The position numbers and the translations under genes are program-made. 64,000 nt of DNA from an uncultured Chloroflexia bacterium. GTDB taxonomy: Bacteria; Chloroflexota; Limnocylindria; Limnocylindrales; CSP1-4. The notes below the pieces were generated by a model. It had not been told where the DNA came from. It saw only the letters and a list, made by a program, of their open reading frames with translations, and searched no databases. Numbering within the stretch: the first letter of the stretch is position 1; each line of letters starts with the position of its first letter. Below are positions 63,574 through 64,000 of this stretch, in pieces. The stretch spans positions 1,986-65,985 of the forward strand of contig CAVWPX010000003.1 of NCBI GenBank assembly GCA_963757055.1. The letters are read 5' to 3'.

Positions 63574-64000
63574 CGCCGCGTCGCCGACTTCGGGTTGAGG
63601 ATGTCGTCGAGCGCGTTCCCGACGAGCGTGAACGCGAGGACGACGAGGACGACGCAGACGGCCGGCGGGGCGATGTACCACCACGCGCCCAGGCCCGGCG
63701 CCCCGGTGCTCTGCGCCGAGTCCAGCAGCTGGCCCCACGACGGCGAGAACGGGTCGCCGAGGCCGATGAACGAGAGGCTCGTCTCGATGAAGACCGCGGC
63801 AGCGAAGGTGATGACGGCCTGCGCCACGATCAGGTTCACGACGTTCGGGAAGATGTGCCGCCGCATGATGTGCCCCTGCCCCGCGCCGATGACCCGCGCG
63901 CGGTCCACGAACATGCGCGAGCGGATCGACATCGTCTGCGAGCGGATGATCCGGGCGGTCGTCGCCCACGACGTGATGCCGATGACGATCACGATGACGA
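63570..64000 (-). CDS. oligopeptide ABC transporter permease (OppC-like); 5' end outside window
   Basis: C-terminal permease sequence ...SLSFIGLGDPFSPSWGQLL...LAFTLVGNALDDILNPK. The ORF is open to the window edge. Confidence 0.8.
   Translation of the reverse strand, partial: VIVIVIGITSWATTARIIRSQTMSIRSRMFVDRARVIGAGQGHIMRRHIFPNVVNLIVAQAVITFAAAVFIETSLSFIGLGDPFSPSWGQLLDSAQSTGAPGLGAWWYIAPPAVCVVLVVLAFTLVGNALDDILNPKSATRR

Overview
Very GC-rich chromosomal segment (roughly 70 percent by eye, not computed). Gene content looks like Actinomycetota: DUF385 deazaflavin-type enzymes, DinB, PAC2, a WYL regulator, acyl-ACP desaturase, HisKA_3/NarL signalling, GGAGG ribosome sites and frequent GTG/TTG starts. 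I can support about 65 protein-coding genes. I found no rRNA, tRNA, CRISPR array, transposase or integrase. Main blocks, in order: (1) 1.4-9.6 kb, small detox-type enzymes (four VOC/glyoxalase genes, DUF385, GNAT, BBE-type FAD oxidase) plus a large secreted multidomain protein and an alpha/beta-hydrolase-LuxR fusion. (2) 9.7-15.2 kb, a 688-aa secreted protein, a double zinc-ribbon protein, and two tandem membrane-anchored SNase-type nucleases that share a 434-bp near-identical core. (3) 15.3-22.1 kb, a beta-mannoside-type sugar locus (GH5, ABC SBP and two permeases, GH130, LacI). (4) 22.4-41 kb, mixed housekeeping and accessory genes, including a HipA-like kinase overlapping a DUF3037 gene, a DEAD-box helicase, and an apparent N-terminal-domain-GreA fusion. 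(5) 40.8-48.2 kb, an operon made of one giant (~2030 aa) 7xGAF-4xPAS histidine kinase, a REC-only protein and a NarL regulator. (6) 48.4-64 kb, a cupredoxin/ABC-2 cluster, a PLP-deaminase/cupin/kinase/RidA cluster, cell-wall enzymes, Tag, MFS, aquaporin, and an Opp-type operon that ends in a DinB gene. Key caveat: at least 26 genes can only be read by switching frame, about 50 single-base events in total. These are mostly one extra base, often in G/C runs. This looks like consensus error rather than decay, so I label those genes pseudogene 'as assembled' but call their functions from the frame-corrected reading. Most long ORFs on the opposite strand of real genes are GC-driven shadow ORFs. No single obvious new system stands out. 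The best candidates are the nuclease pair, the HipA-like/DUF3037 pair, the GreA fusion and the giant kinase.
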